A stretch of 59,949 bases of DNA, filler included, from Ionaspis alba (taxonomy: Eukaryota): assembly GCA_964255285.1 (NCBI GenBank). It is 2 parts of 2 records of this genome, joined end to end, with 100 filler letters (N's around TTAATTAATTAA, not from the genome) between each part and the next. Parts side by side here need not be neighbours in the genome. Positions count along the whole stretch, not along the records: positions 30,156 to 59,949 come from CAXUUL010000119.1; 1 more part is not named here. The stretch is one strand, 5' to 3'. The translations under genes were made by a program, and so were the position numbers. Below are positions 35,469 to 48,328 of this stretch, in pieces (the stretch's first letter is position 1; the number at the start of each line of letters is the position of its first letter). Under the pieces are notes generated by a model. That model did no database searches and had not been told where the DNA came from. It worked only from the letters and a program-made list of their open reading frames with translations.

Positions 35469-37244
35469 ATGACCACAATGGTGGGTGCAACTGCTTCAAA
35501 GTCCAACCCTCTGGTTTCTACACCCTTTTCTTTCCATGCCTCAGCAGCCCACATTCCTCTTATAGTGTATACAGCTTGGAACAACGACGAGGATATGGCC
35601 TCTAGAATAAATACTGCAATAGCACGCTAGCCAGGCGTTCCCTGCTCTGGTCTCAACCTTACGAGTCTACATCATGTCACCTAATCAATTTAAATCGTTC
35701 CGCAGAGTCTTTGATGTGGTGTTCGTGCTAACCGCGATACGATTAGGATCTCCGTGTCGGTAACAAATACCGTATTGGCCGCAAGATTGGGAGTGGAAGC
35801 TTCGGCGACATCTACCTCGGTACCCTATGTCTCTCCCTGTTATCATCAACATCTGCTGACAAATCGTCCATTCAGGTACCAACATCATCTCTGGCGAAGA
35901 GATTGCCATCAAGCTCGAAAGTGTCAAGGCCAAGCACCCTCAGCTCGAATATGAGGCTCGTGTCTACAAGTCCCTCGCTGGAGGTGTCGGGATTCCCTTC
36001 GTCCGCTGGTTTGGAACCGAGTGTGACTATAATGCCATGGTGCTTGATCTCCTCGGACCTAGCTTGGAGGATCTTTTCAACTTCTGCAATCGCAAGTTCT
36101 CCCTCAAGACTGTCCTGCTCCTCGCAGATCAACTTATCTCCCGCATCGAGTACATCCACGCCAAATCTTTCATCCACCGTGATATCAAGCCGGACAACTT
36201 CTTGATGGGTATTGGCAAGCGAGGCAACCAGGTTAATGTCATCGACTTCGGATTGGCCAAGAAGTACCGTGACCCCAAGACTCACTTTCATATCCCTTAC
36301 CGTGAGAACAAGAACTTGACTGGTACCGCTCGTTATGCCAGTATCAATACTCACCTCGGTGTTGGTAAGACGATCCAACCACCAAGCTCTTTGCTCTGAA
36401 GCTAATTTGTTCTACAGAGCAATCCCGTCGCGACGACATGGAATCTCTGGGCTACGTGATGCTCTACTTTTGCCGTGGCTCCCTTCCTTGGCAAGGCTTG
36501 AAGGCTGCTACTAAGAAGCAGAAGTACGACAGAATCATGGAGAAGAAGATGACTACTCCCACAGAAGTCCTTTGCCGTGGATTCCCGAACGAGTTCGCCA
36601 TCTATCTCAACTATACGCGTTCGCTCCGTTTCGATGACAAGCCGGATTACTCCTACCTTCGCAAGATCTTCCGTGATCTCTTCGTCCGCGAAGGCTTCCA
36701 GTACGACTACGTGTTCGACTGGACGGTGTACAAGTACCAGAAGAACGCTCAGGCTATTGCTCAGGCTGCTGGTGCTCAGCCAGCGAATCAGGAGGAGGAG
36801 GAGAAACCAGCTCGTCGTCATGCTGCAGGTACGAATGCCGCTACTGCCGGTGTCCCAACCCCCCAGAACGCCTCTACAGCTAGCAAACCAGGTGCCATTT
36901 CAAGCCAACGTCGCAAAGTAGCCGAACGCGGTGCCAGCGGAGCCGCCGGCGTCGAAACCCCCGACACCAACCGTGCTGTGGGAGGAAGTGACAGGATGTG
37001 AGTTTCTTACCAATAGCCTTGGTTCCTTGTAAGGAACTCTTTTCCTCTACGTTTGGTGCTTGAGAATGGTTCAACGCTGGGCGTGGAGGAAAGTAAGGTA
37101 ATGAATTCTGACTAATCTATAGTCTTCGGCGCTAGGCTTCGCTCGGCTTCCAAGGGAGCTACCGGAGCTGGATACTCTGGATCTGGCAACGGTACCTACC
37201 GGATCAAGCGAGAGGACCAAACTGGAGCTGGTGGACAGTGGTAA
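35469..37244 (+). CDS. hhp1: Casein kinase I (Hhp1/Hrr25/CK-1a orthologue)
   Basis: MTTM / [25 protein letters not shown] / '[10 protein letters not shown]', 'DFGLAKKY', '[11 protein letters not shown]' / '[11 protein letters not shown]'. Introns 35481..35746, 35820..35875, 36365..36417 and 36998..37135. The last exon ends GGQW*. Confidence 0.97.
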
Positions 37245-38509
37245 TGATAAATCTTATGCTATGGTGGAACCTGGTCGGTTTTTCTCTTGACGATTGGCCT
37301 GGGACCTTCACTGCTTGGCTGCTACACTATCCTGTCTGCTGGAGCATTTTGACTCTCTCAAGACTTTCCTGGTATCGACAGGGCATTCACGGCTATCTCT
37401 TTACTGGATTGGTGCTCCGACTTTCTTGTTCGCTCTCCCCATAATTGGCTTCAACATTGCTTTGGCTCGTTTCTCAGGCTATCCTCGACTGATATCTGTC
37501 TTTTTGTTTCACCGGAATTCTCAACTCATTCCGATGGACTACAATCATCTGGACAGTATCTTCTAAGGTTCCTGGATTCGAATGGCACGCCGCTGGATTG
37601 TCCTCAGGGTCTTTTCAGGGGCCGGCAGGTCAAAGGTGCAGCTTAGGCAGAGCGAAGTGGTCATAACGGAGAATCGATAATCTCCATCACGGATATCCAG
37701 CAGAAGTCTCTCCCCTCAGAACCAGTATTTTACGGCCGCCTTTCTTCTCAACATTAATGCTCTTTGCCCACTCGCCCCCCTGTCCATTACAAGTTTTCCT
37801 TTGTTTTATGTTTCCCCATTCGCCATTGGTCATGATCCTGTTCTTTTCCTGGCACAGCACGGCGCAGCAGACGGCAGATGTTAGAGGCAGCGATTGAGGG
37901 ATAAGGGGGAAATTGGTACAGAAGAGACAGTAGCTGATGGTCTTTTACTGCAAGCGACATTTTTCGAGCCATGGAAAGCTTCATGGGACTTGCACAGCTA
38001 CTTGGTACGCTTAGTGGATGCTGCTACGGTTATCGGAAGCTATTTGAGATTCCGGCAAATGGACAAAGGGTCGCTTCTGGGTGGTATTTGCTGTGCCTGG
38101 CTTGTTATTTCGGTTTGCTGACGCACTTTGGGGACTCAACATCAAAAAATAAGAAAAACAGATGGATTGCATTTTTGTGTTAGGTAGCTAGCTGCCGAAT
38201 AAGAAATGCTGTCCATTCCATCAATGCGGAAATCGTGATTTATGCTTCTGGCCTGTATCGCGACCAACCTGTCTCCGAAAATTAGCACTTGAAAAATCAT
38301 ATATTGCAGAGATGACTACAGAGTGAGTCCCTGTGAGGCAGTTGTAGAATATAGGAAGTGACTTTGGCGCAACGATCTCGAAACTAGAGTTTTCTAGCTC
38401 AAGGGCCAATGTGTTAATGATCATCATGACTTTGACAACATAACGGCACTCGTACCATGGTTGCTGTTCATCCTCAATCTCAATTTCCTTGCTCCAACAT
38501 TTTCAGGCT

Positions 38510-38517
38510 TGACGTCA
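38510..38517 (+). promoter_or_regulatory. CRE/ATF-CREB consensus TGACGTCA upstream of the F-box/LRR gene
   Basis: Exact palindrome about 250 bp upstream of ATG 38768. An 8-mer can occur by chance. Confidence 0.3.
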
Positions 38518-38767
38518 CATCATGCAAAATCACGATGTGATATCAGCTTAGTCTGCAGTGCTGACTGATTACCCCGAAACAATTGTTCACTAGGTGTCAT
38601 AATCATGCTGTTGCCGTCGAGATCTTTGCAGTAGAAGGCCAAGCAAAGAGACGAGGTACAACATGTTCCAGGAGCCAGGTATCGAGCGTACCATTGGAGA
38701 TCATCATACCAAGCAAGAAGACCTATTAACGGGGTATCCAAAGACGCAGGACGTCGATACTACCACC

Positions 38768-40048
38768 ATGCACACACACACCAGAACCTCACACTATGAC
38801 AGAGCGCTCAGAACCGCCACTCACCAACCGCTCCACCTCCCCTCCGAACTCCTCCTCCAAATCCTCACCCACCTCTCCCCCCACGACGAATTCTACCAAC
38901 CTGACCTCTTCTCACTAACCCTCGTCTCCCACGCCTGGTACGCGGCCGCCATCCCGCTCCTCTACCACTCCCCTCGCATCTCAGGCAGGAACTTCAAGTC
39001 CTTTGTCAACACCGTATGTCCTTCCATCAATGCGCATGTGAGGAGGAGTGCGTTGGCGGATCTGGTGAGAAGGTTGGATATGAGTCGGTTGGTGCATGAT
39101 GGGAGTAAGAGTTTGACGGCTAGGTTGCTGGGGAGGGTGAAAGGGGGGTTGGAGGTGTTTGTGGCGCCGCAGGCTTCGTTTGCGTGAGTATTTGAATGTT
39201 TTGTGTGGCTTGATGAGAGAGTGGAATGCTAACAGGCGTTATGTACAAGTGTCAATTCGCTGGCGGCGTTGTCGAAATGTCGGAATCTACGGCATTTGGA
39301 CTTGTCATTGATTTCCGAGGCGCTCTCACTCGTCAATCTATTCCATTCGATTGCAGGATTGACCAGGCTGGAAAGTTTCTTCTTCCCTCGATGCTCCACA
39401 TCTGTCTCCTCCTCCGAGGAAGGCAAGATCGAACACTGTTGGGATATCCAGTGGCCTCCTAATCTCCAAAGCCTTCATATCTCCGGTGGTCTACGGGATG
39501 CGGCCATTGGCTGCTTCAGAAATATGCCGGCCACCCTTACCGAAGTCACCGTCGAGAACTGTCCTAATCTCTCATCCGCTTTCCTCGTTCCTCTGATCAA
39601 TCGCATAAGGTCGCAACTGCGGATTTTGAGGATCCTGTACCATCTACCTCGTCTGAACGAGTGGTTCCTCAATGGTATATTAAAGATTCTCCCAAACCTT
39701 ACGGAACTTAGTCTCTCCACCGATCATATAACGACCAGCTTCTTTATCATGGCCGCCACTCTATCCACGCCACATCCCCTGGAGATGCTTACTTTGGAGA
39801 GCTTGGAGGCCGTCCCGAAGGAGAAGCTGAGCAGTGATGCTATATTCATCGCTGTCTCTGAGGGTGGGTTGTCCAACCTCAGGAGGGTTAGGATTAGTGC
39901 CAGACTGGGTTGGATGGAGACCATGGAGGGAAGGAAGGAAATGGAGGACTTGAGGGACCTGCTGGAGGCTTTGGAAAGAGAACAGTCTGAGAGGACCGGG
40001 GAGAAGGAGAGAGAAACTGGAGTGTGGATTATACCCAGTACATTTTGA
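38768..40048 (+). CDS. F-box/LRR-like (RNI-like) protein
   Basis: F-box 'LPSELLLQILTHL', then 'LVRRLDMSRLVH..SKSLTARLLGR..FVAPQASF', an intron at about 39184..39249, and LxxLxL repeats. Confidence 0.87.
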
Positions 40049-40597
40049 AGGATGGTGCGGTGGTCGTGCTTGGTGAAAGAGCTGATTTGGACAAACTATT
40101 TGGCGCTTTCTGCCTATGTGACCTTTTAGCTTGGCCNNNNNNNNNNNNNNNNNNNNNNNNNNNNNNNNNNNNNNNNNNNNNNNNNNNNNNNNNNNNNNNN
40201 NNNNNNNNNNNNNNNNNNNNNNNNNNNNNNNNNNNNCTGATTTGGACAAACTATTTGGCGCTTTCTGCCTATGTGACCTTTTAGCTTGGCCGAAGAAGAT
40301 CAATGTAGACTTTGATCAGTAGACCTATCACATCCTCAGGACTTTACTAAAGCCTTCTGCTTGTTAACTGTCATTATCTAAAAAATACACTCTTTTCTTT
40401 TCATCCATTCACTGTTGCACCGAGCCTCCTTGTCGATCTAGAATGGCTCGGTACCGTAAACAATCAGTGGTTTACAGTAATGTAAAAAGTACGCCTTACC
40501 ATTGAAGTCGCTGTATTAGGGTAACATAGTTATTAGCGAACTGGATTGAGGACAGTGTCCTTGATAGCGGAAACCCGCTTGCAGACCTAGTCGCTCA

Positions 40598-42082
40598 ATG
40601 GCCATGCATTGGCAGCGACTCAGAGCTGCGAACAGCTCCTTGCTTGCGGTAGGACCATGGTCCCAACCTTTAAGAAGAGCGCCTCTTCAATTTCGCCGCT
40701 GCCTCCAAAGTCAACAAAGCCCGGTCACAACCAAACTTCCCGACTTTGCCTTTGCCTTTGAGTCTGTTCCTCCCTTTTCTTCAACAACAAACCGCTGACG
40801 AATCTCACAGCATCGACGGCGTCCTGATTCGCAGCTCCAAGCCTCTTCCCCGCGCCCGCAAAGCCCTTTCCTACCTACAAACGCACAAAATCCCCTTCAT
40901 CCTGCTTACCAACGGCGGTGGCAAAGACGAAGGTTCTCGCGTCGCCGAACTCAGCACCCGTCTCGGAGTCCCTCTTGATACAAGCCTCTTCGTGCAAAGC
41001 CACACACCATTCGCGGCTTTCGTGGACGGCACTCCCGAGCAGGAGTCAATGAAGGACAAATGCATACTTGTGTGCGGGGGAGACGGCGATGGGTGTCGAT
41101 TGGTAGCTGAGAAGTAAGGATGGTAGCCCTGCCTCTTTCTTCCCTAGCACCTGAAACACTCATCTATGGGTGGAGGCTGACACGCGGCTGGCTCCACAGG
41201 TATGGCTTCACGAATGTCGTCACACCAGCGGACATCATCCACGCCTACCCCAACATCTGGCCCTTCGCACGGAACTTCGCCTCCTACTACGTTACCCACG
41301 CTCGTCCTCTACGTAAACCCATCTACTCCCCGCATGAATCTACCGATCTCTCGCAATGCTTGAAAATCGACGCCGCCTTCATCTTCAACGATCCTAGGGA
41401 CTGGGCTCTCGACACAACACTGCTACTCGACCTGCTCCTCTCATACCGAGGCTATCTAGGCACATTATCGGATCTAAACGGGAACGAAAAACTCCCGAAT
41501 CGCGGATATCAGCAAAACGGGCAACCGAAACTGTTTTTCTCCAACCCGGATCTGTGGTGGGCGGCGGCTTTTCATCTGCCACGGTTAGGGCAGGGAGGGT
41601 TTAGAGAGGCGTTTGGAGGGGTCTGGAGAGCTGTTACTGGGGGCGAGGAGAGAGGGGTGGTGTTGGAGAAGAGTATGTTTGGGAAGCCGCATGAGGTTAC
41701 TTATGCCTTTGCAGAAAGGAGGTTGGAGGAGCATAGGCCGACGATATTGGGGAAGGGGGCGGTGGATGGAGGATTGAGGAATGTTTATATGGTTGGTGGT
41801 GAGTCGGGTCCATTTCTTGAATTTACCGCTTCAATTGCGTTTACGCATTGCGAGACGACGGACATGACTAACGATTGTCTAGATAATCCGGAGAGCGACA
41901 TCAGAGGTGCGAATCAGTATCAGAGTCCTCAGGGTAGTGACTGGCAATCTATTCTTGTCCGCAGTGGTGTCTATAATGGTGGAGAACCAGCATGGAAGCC
42001 GCAAACTATTGTGGACGATGTCTGGGATGCGGTACAGTGGGGTCTTAGAAGCTCGGGGTGGAAGCCGCCGGATCAAATATAG
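40598..42082 (+). CDS. HAD-superfamily IIA hydrolase (CECR5/HDHD5-like), probably mitochondrial
   Basis: R-rich presequence, 'FAFAF-D-IDGVL' (motif I, across an intron), 'LLTNGGG', 'QSHTPF', 'NDPRDW', 'FSNPD', 'GKP', 'YMVG-D-NPESDI'. Three introns. Confidence 0.93.
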
Positions 42083-42269
42083 CACTACTGCTCATGCATC
42101 TCAATGTTGAAGACGATTGAAGCACACTCTCAAGTGCAAAGGGGTTCAGACTACCTTTCTAACGACCAGGTTGGAAATGCCGAGCCACCAAAGCTCGGGT
42201 CCGCTACTCGGTGTTCGTGAACCAAAAATGGAAGTGAATACAAACCTAACTCGATACTACTTTTCTACA

Positions 42270-43851
42270 TCAATCGTCCCAGATAACAGCAGTGACGTTT
42301 CCTCCAACCAGAACCTCCGCCAACTTGTCTCCCAACATTCCAGATTTGTCTCTCTTGATGATAGCCACTTTTCCATCCTTTTGCAGCGCCACCGCAAGCA
42401 TATCGCCCTTCTTGTTGATAGAGAACTGGCGTGGAAAGCTACCATAAGCAGGGGAGCGCTGCATAAACTGGAAAGAACCATTAGGCGCGATTTGAAAGAC
42501 CGAAAGCGAGTCCGTAACGCCAAGGCGCTGACGCAGGAATGTGCTGGTGTCGTTGCGGCTGGAAACGGTCAGGAAGTCGCCCTATTGAGAGAAATTGTTA
42601 GCAAAAATCTAGCGCACGGAGGGAGGATGTNNNNNNNNNNNNNNNNNNNNNNNNNNNNNNNNNNNNNNNNNNNNNNNNNNNNNNNNNNNNNNNNNNNNNN
42701 NNNNNNNNNNNNNNNNNNNNNNNNNNNNNNGTCGCCCTATTGAGAGAAATTGTTAGCAAAAATCTAGCGCACGGAGGGAGGATGTCGTCCTCATTCGTGC
42801 ATGGTACTTACAGTGATAGCAATTTCGCCAGCCGCCGCGACCTTCGGCACCTTGTCGTAGGTCGGGGACGTCTGTATTTCCTTGAATGCCATGCACCCTT
42901 CTGGCGGATATGTGACATTGAAGGCAGCAACCGTATTTGCCAGCTCGCTGACAACATACATGACAACCTGTCCCTCAGGAGTACCAGTCGTCGTCGCCGG
43001 GGCCGCCGGAACAGCTCTCCTTCTTGGATCGTGAACGTTGATCACCATCTTGCCAGCAGCTCCGTAGCCAGCCTTATCCGTCGAGGTACCGTTCTGGTTC
43101 GCTACCGTCTTGCCCTCCCTGCGGGGAGTCCAGAAGGCGGCGTGGCGTGGACCGCTGCCGGCGGGCATTTTGAGCGCAGGGCACGCCTTTAGGAGCCCGG
43201 TGTCGGATGCGATAGAGAAGACGCGGACGAGGTCAGCACCGAGGTCTGGCGATAGGATGAACTTGGAGCTTGGGTCCAGGATGACTTGGTGAGGGTGAGG
43301 GGATGCTTGGCTGCCATTGCCAGGATGTTCGAGGGTAAAGGGGAGGGTTTGGAGAGGGGTGGGCGTGAGATGGGTGGTGAGATTGAAAGTTGAGATGGCG
43401 GATCCACCACTATGTATATCAGTTAGCAGCGTTCTTGTCTTACAAAAAGAGGGGCGATGACGCACTAGTGAGCCACAGCTATGAAACCAGCATCTCCTGA
43501 TCCGTTATGCTTGCCATAAAGCACAGAGTTTACACCTCCGTTGAGGGTAAGCTGTTTGGTTTGAAGGGCAAGCGTGCCGTTCATGTCTACGGCTAACACA
43601 CTCAGACTCCCATTTCCAGAGATGGTCTGCTCGCCCGAGCAGTACAGAATGCGATTTGAGGAGTCCCAGGTGAGCCAGGATGGGTCGGGATCACAAGCCT
43701 TGATGCTAGAGATATTCTTGAGGCTGTAGGTCGAGGTGGTTTTGGTGAGGTTGAGGGTCGTGACTGTTCCGGCATAGGATGAAGCGTACAGAAGCGTTGC
43801 CTGCGCAAGATACGGGAAAACGAGAGAGAGGAGATAAGCTAGAGGAGCCAT
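42270..43851 (-). CDS. Secreted 7-bladed beta-propeller lactonase (6-phosphogluconolactonase/muconate cyclase family)
   Basis: Signal peptide MAPLAYLLSLVFPYLAQA, then 'LYASSYAG', 'PSWL', 'HPHQVILDP', 'PDLGAD', 'GSGPRH', 'FPRQFSIN'. The gap at 42631..42730 lies in an intron. Confidence 0.9.
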
Positions 43852-44785
43852 GCTTGAGACGAAGTGGAAGAACGTGGTGTCCGGCACCGATTTTTGCAAA
43901 AATGAGGAGATAGATGGTTTTGCACAAACTTGAAGAAGAAGCTGGAGGTTGAAAGAAGACCGGAGGTGGGAGAAATTATAAAGGTGTAGAAAAGAGAGAT
44001 GAGGGGGGTGAATAGACAATAGAAGATGTGCTCGAGTTGTACTGTCTTATCATGGTAGATTAACTTCGTTGTGATCAAAGGGAAACATTCACAAAGGCGG
44101 AAGTGTAACAAAGGAAATGCTCGCGTCTGACTTCACTCATTGTTCTTAGTCGATGCAAGTCAGGCTTGTGAAACATCTGTCCAAGGCTTGCAGTAGTCCT
44201 CGTGCTCGAGGTATGACAGATTTGTTTGGTTTCAGAAGACAACGGGTGAGTTGTGGTAATTGGTAGAAAGTGCCAAACAGACGCGTCGCTTCATCCACGA
44301 ATCATCGCGCTCAAAGGGGCTTCTACTCTTACTCGTCTACGACAATTTNNNNNNNNNNNNNNNNNNNNNNNNNNNNNNNNNNNNNNNNNNNNNNNNNNNN
44401 NNNNNNNNNNNNNNNNNNNNNNNNNNNNNNNNNNNNNNNNNNNNNNNNATCATACTCTACTTACAGCTTTGGTGCAATCATCAACATCTACTTGTTTGTT
44501 CCAGTGTAGCGACTGCCAGCAGTAACAACAACACCCAAGATAACACGCGCCATACATGGCCCAGTTGCATAGCGACATCGCGCTCATGATCCATCATAAA
44601 CTCCTTAATGCTCCGCTTTTTATACATGAATGTCGTTCAGGATAAAACTCGAAGCTCGCACACCGCCAACAAGATGCAGAATGGAAATTGGGTATATCCC
44701 CAGGACATATCCAGAAGATCGGTCAGGTCTTGGATAAAACAGACTGAGCGAGCGGCATTCGTGGAGAATTCGCTACAGCACACGG

Positions 44786-47340
44786 TTAAGCCCAGTCAAC
44801 CTCAGCGGTAACGATTTGGTACTCGCTGTTGACCGAGGCAGGGTCTTGTCCAGTTGGTGCCGTCCAGCTCAACAACATCTTCCTACCTCCGTTGGTGATA
44901 TCATCGGCATAGAAGTAGCCGGCGTGTACACCACCTGCATAGGTATACCTCCCAGTAAGACCAGGCTCACTCTTGTACAGAACTTGCTCTTCGGACCAAG
45001 GATGCTGAAGAATGTTCTCCACATAGTCTGAAGATTGATCTCCACCTGCATACGGAGGACGAATCGCTTGGGGAGCTTGAAGGTAGCGATAGTAGAAGGT
45101 ACTATCCGCGTAGATGTTCATGTAGACGATGATGAAGGTCAGATGACGTGGGGAATAGAAGACATCAACATCCATGAATGCTCCAGAGATAAAGTAGGCT
45201 TGCGAGTTGGATGGCTGCATTCCATGGCTCCAGCTATTACCGGTCCAGTATTCGTACTAGACACAGGATTAGAATGAAATGCTGTGATCTAATGAAAAAA
45301 GAACTCACCGAATTTCGGTCTGCGACACTGTCAGGATCGGTCCTGGCAAGCAAGATACCTCCTCGGACATTGCCAAAGAGATAAACCTTTCCATCCGTTC
45401 CTCCAATACCACTTGGTCCCCATGAGCGAATGCCCCCAACACAACCCCATTCGACCTCACCCTCGTTGAAGAGGCGGTTGACTGTTCTCTGAGCAACAGG
45501 ACCTTCTTGACCGCCAGCCGTGACGGTCAACAAAGTGTTTCCAGAATAGGTGAAGGTGGCTGCTCTCGTCGCTTGATTGACATTATCGTAGATGATAGGA
45601 GCATAAAGAAGTGCTGAATTGCCACTGAGAGGGATGATAGATGACTCAGGCCAGACGGCGTAGCGTTGACCCTGGCCTTGCATCACAAGGTTATAGCCCA
45701 TCTCACCTTGAGTGATGGGAGAGAATCCGCGAAGGCGGCCTGCATCATCGCTAAATTGGCCAATACCATCCTGGAGATAGATGGGATTACCGAAAAGCGC
45801 ATTCATGCCTGTATCGGTCGCGACAGAGCTGCTCACAAATCCAAGGAAGTTGCCGTTCCGGTTAGGTGTCGCTGGTGAGTAGGCACCAGTGTCGCAGAAG
45901 ACAAAGATCTGCTGTCCGTTAAGGACACCACCTTTACCACCGTCACGAGAGAAATGTGGCACTTCGTTCAGATTTGTAAGTAGGTCCTGAGTAGATGAGT
46001 TGATTTGCAGGACACCGGTGTCAAGTGAAACACCATAATTGGTCGTTAGCCCTCCTATCACGCCTACGGTAAGTAGGTTCTTCGGGAGAGTGATATCTGT
46101 AGGTGCTTGGTACTTGATGTACTGTGTCGCAGGATGGTTCTGTGTTGGTCCATGGAGCTTCTGATACGCAATGCGTGGCGCAATGATAGAGTTGCCTCTC
46201 GCATATGTAACGACTGGTCCAGCCGCGGTAGACACTGATGATGGAGCCCTGGAAGTCAAGAAAGATGACTTCTCACTAAAGCTTACCAGGATAGCTCCCT
46301 CAATGGGCGTATCGGTAGAAATTTGGTTGCTCGTGCCGTACTTGAGATAACAGTCATCCGCTTTCCTAAGACGATTTGGCACAAACACCATAGCAACGCA
46401 AGGGCTGTCACCATTGGTACTATCACACGCCGCTACACAAGCTTCAAAAGAATCAACGCTCTGGAAGGGGAGATCTTGACCAGGAATATTGATGCCACAT
46501 GTGGTCTCGTATTTCTGACCTCCAGCAGATGTGAAGGTAGTACCATTGAACGTTGGACAACGACGCATTGATTCAGTAGGTTGCGGCGCATCACGTTGAT
46601 GGAATTTGCTCATAGGGTTGGCAGATGACGCGATGTTCTCTGCAGCATCGTCACCAGATTCAGCTACCAAAGATGTCGAATAAGAAGCACTGTAGCGACT
46701 GCGAATGTCGAGCTCATTGACTGTCTCAGCATCGTAGTGTTGCAAGTTCAGATCCTCTGAAGCGATAGCTATGGTAAGGACACACTTAGTTTAGGCTCCA
46801 CGCGAACCAAGTGTAATAGAAAACTTACCAGACTTAGTGCTTGCCATTTGATGTGCTTCGGTGTAAGTCGGCCGAATGTAAACCGGAGCTTTCTTGTAGG
46901 TCTGGTGGTGATGCTCGCTACCAGTGAACTGATGGTGCTGGACGTGACGATGAACCTTGGTGGAAGGCATGGCTGCTGGTGTCTCAAGAGCACGAATCTT
47001 GAGTTCGAGGTATGGAGCTGCAGTAGCGACGGCCTTCTGAGCATCAACTGTATCATTCTCAGGGAGAGAATCAACCACAGTAACAGAAGCTAGAGTGGGG
47101 ACAGCATTTGGTGAAGTACCAGTGACGGTACCGAGAACTTGTGACTTTTTTAGCTCAGAGTTTTCCATTCATATGCTGGCAAATTTGCTCACCTTGGACA
47201 TTATGGATCATGCTGCTTTCAGAGCCAGCTGAAATAGCAGATTCGGCATGGTGGAACTGGCCATGGTGCAGATGAACGTCTTTGTGGACCAAAGCAATGA
47301 CAGTGGACAAAATTGCGAGGACAATGAGTGTAGTGGACAT
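44786..47340 (-). CDS. Secreted protein with PAN/Apple domain and DUF4185-like beta-propeller
   Basis: Signal peptide MSTTLIVLAILSTVIA and an H/S/T-rich linker. Apple-type cysteine pattern 'C..CG..D....SFEAC..AC..C..CYLK'. C-terminal domain with 'SRDGG..IFVFCDT', 'EVEWG..GG', 'LLART', 'VFYSP..TF', 'YAGGVH', 'LLSWT'. Three predicted introns. Confidence 0.8.
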
Positions 47341-48328
47341 CAACGAATGAGAGACCGTTGAGGCCCCCATGACGAAGCTGTTACAAAAGAGGAAGATTAG
47401 TACAGAGATCAATCACATGCTACGAGACGACAATGATATACGATGAAGTAAGGTTGTGAGAAAGGACTGTACGGGTAGAAGACATACTTGTACTAAAGAG
47501 AGGGTGAGATCAGACTTTTGTATAGAATGACTTGAACGAGTGTTGAAGAAGTGAAGAAGATACAACGAGTGACTGGAGTTGACCAAGAGCTCGGATACAA
47601 AAAAAACGAAGGTAAAAGGTTGGGTGATGGAACTTGAGGTGGAGAAAACACAGTTCAGCCGCTTGGGACAAAAAGTAAACGCCGCGGTTTTGCTACGTAA
47701 ACACGCTAGCGTCAGAGGAAAGGGCGGTTAGGGCAAGTGCTAACAGCCCGAAACTCCTTCTCACGGTGACACCGCGTTTCTCGCGTGGCACAAGCGGAGA
47801 TTGACATCTGCAATGAGCCGATGGTATTGGCCGGACAGGTTACTATGCAGCTCGGGAGGAAGGTACTTTGGTGTATCACCAGTACAGTCATCTTGTCTCC
47901 AGCACCTCTGTTTAGAATAAATTGGTAAGATCTACTCAGCATATTCCGCCGAGCTGGAGGGCCACTTCCTAGGCCACGAGAACGGAGTGTTCCAGAAATG
48001 CTACTTCCCGAACGCCATGTGATCCTGCCGTCATGAGCTCGGGGACAATCTGTCGTTCCGCTGACTTGATCCGGGACTCCTGAAGATAAATTGTGAGGAT
48101 AAGGCATGCGCCATCACAACGCACCGAAACCTGCATTTTGCTGGTTCTTGTTAGTACCATGATTGCTTACTAGATAGACACTAGTAATGAAATCCATAAT
48201 CACATTACGTTAATTACCATGGCACTGTATTTTTTAGGCCTGAGTATTCCGATCACCCCTTTCTGCTGCCTGGTCGAAGACAATGAACCACGCTCAAACA
48301 TGAAATCAAGGCTATAGCTCCAGGAAAA

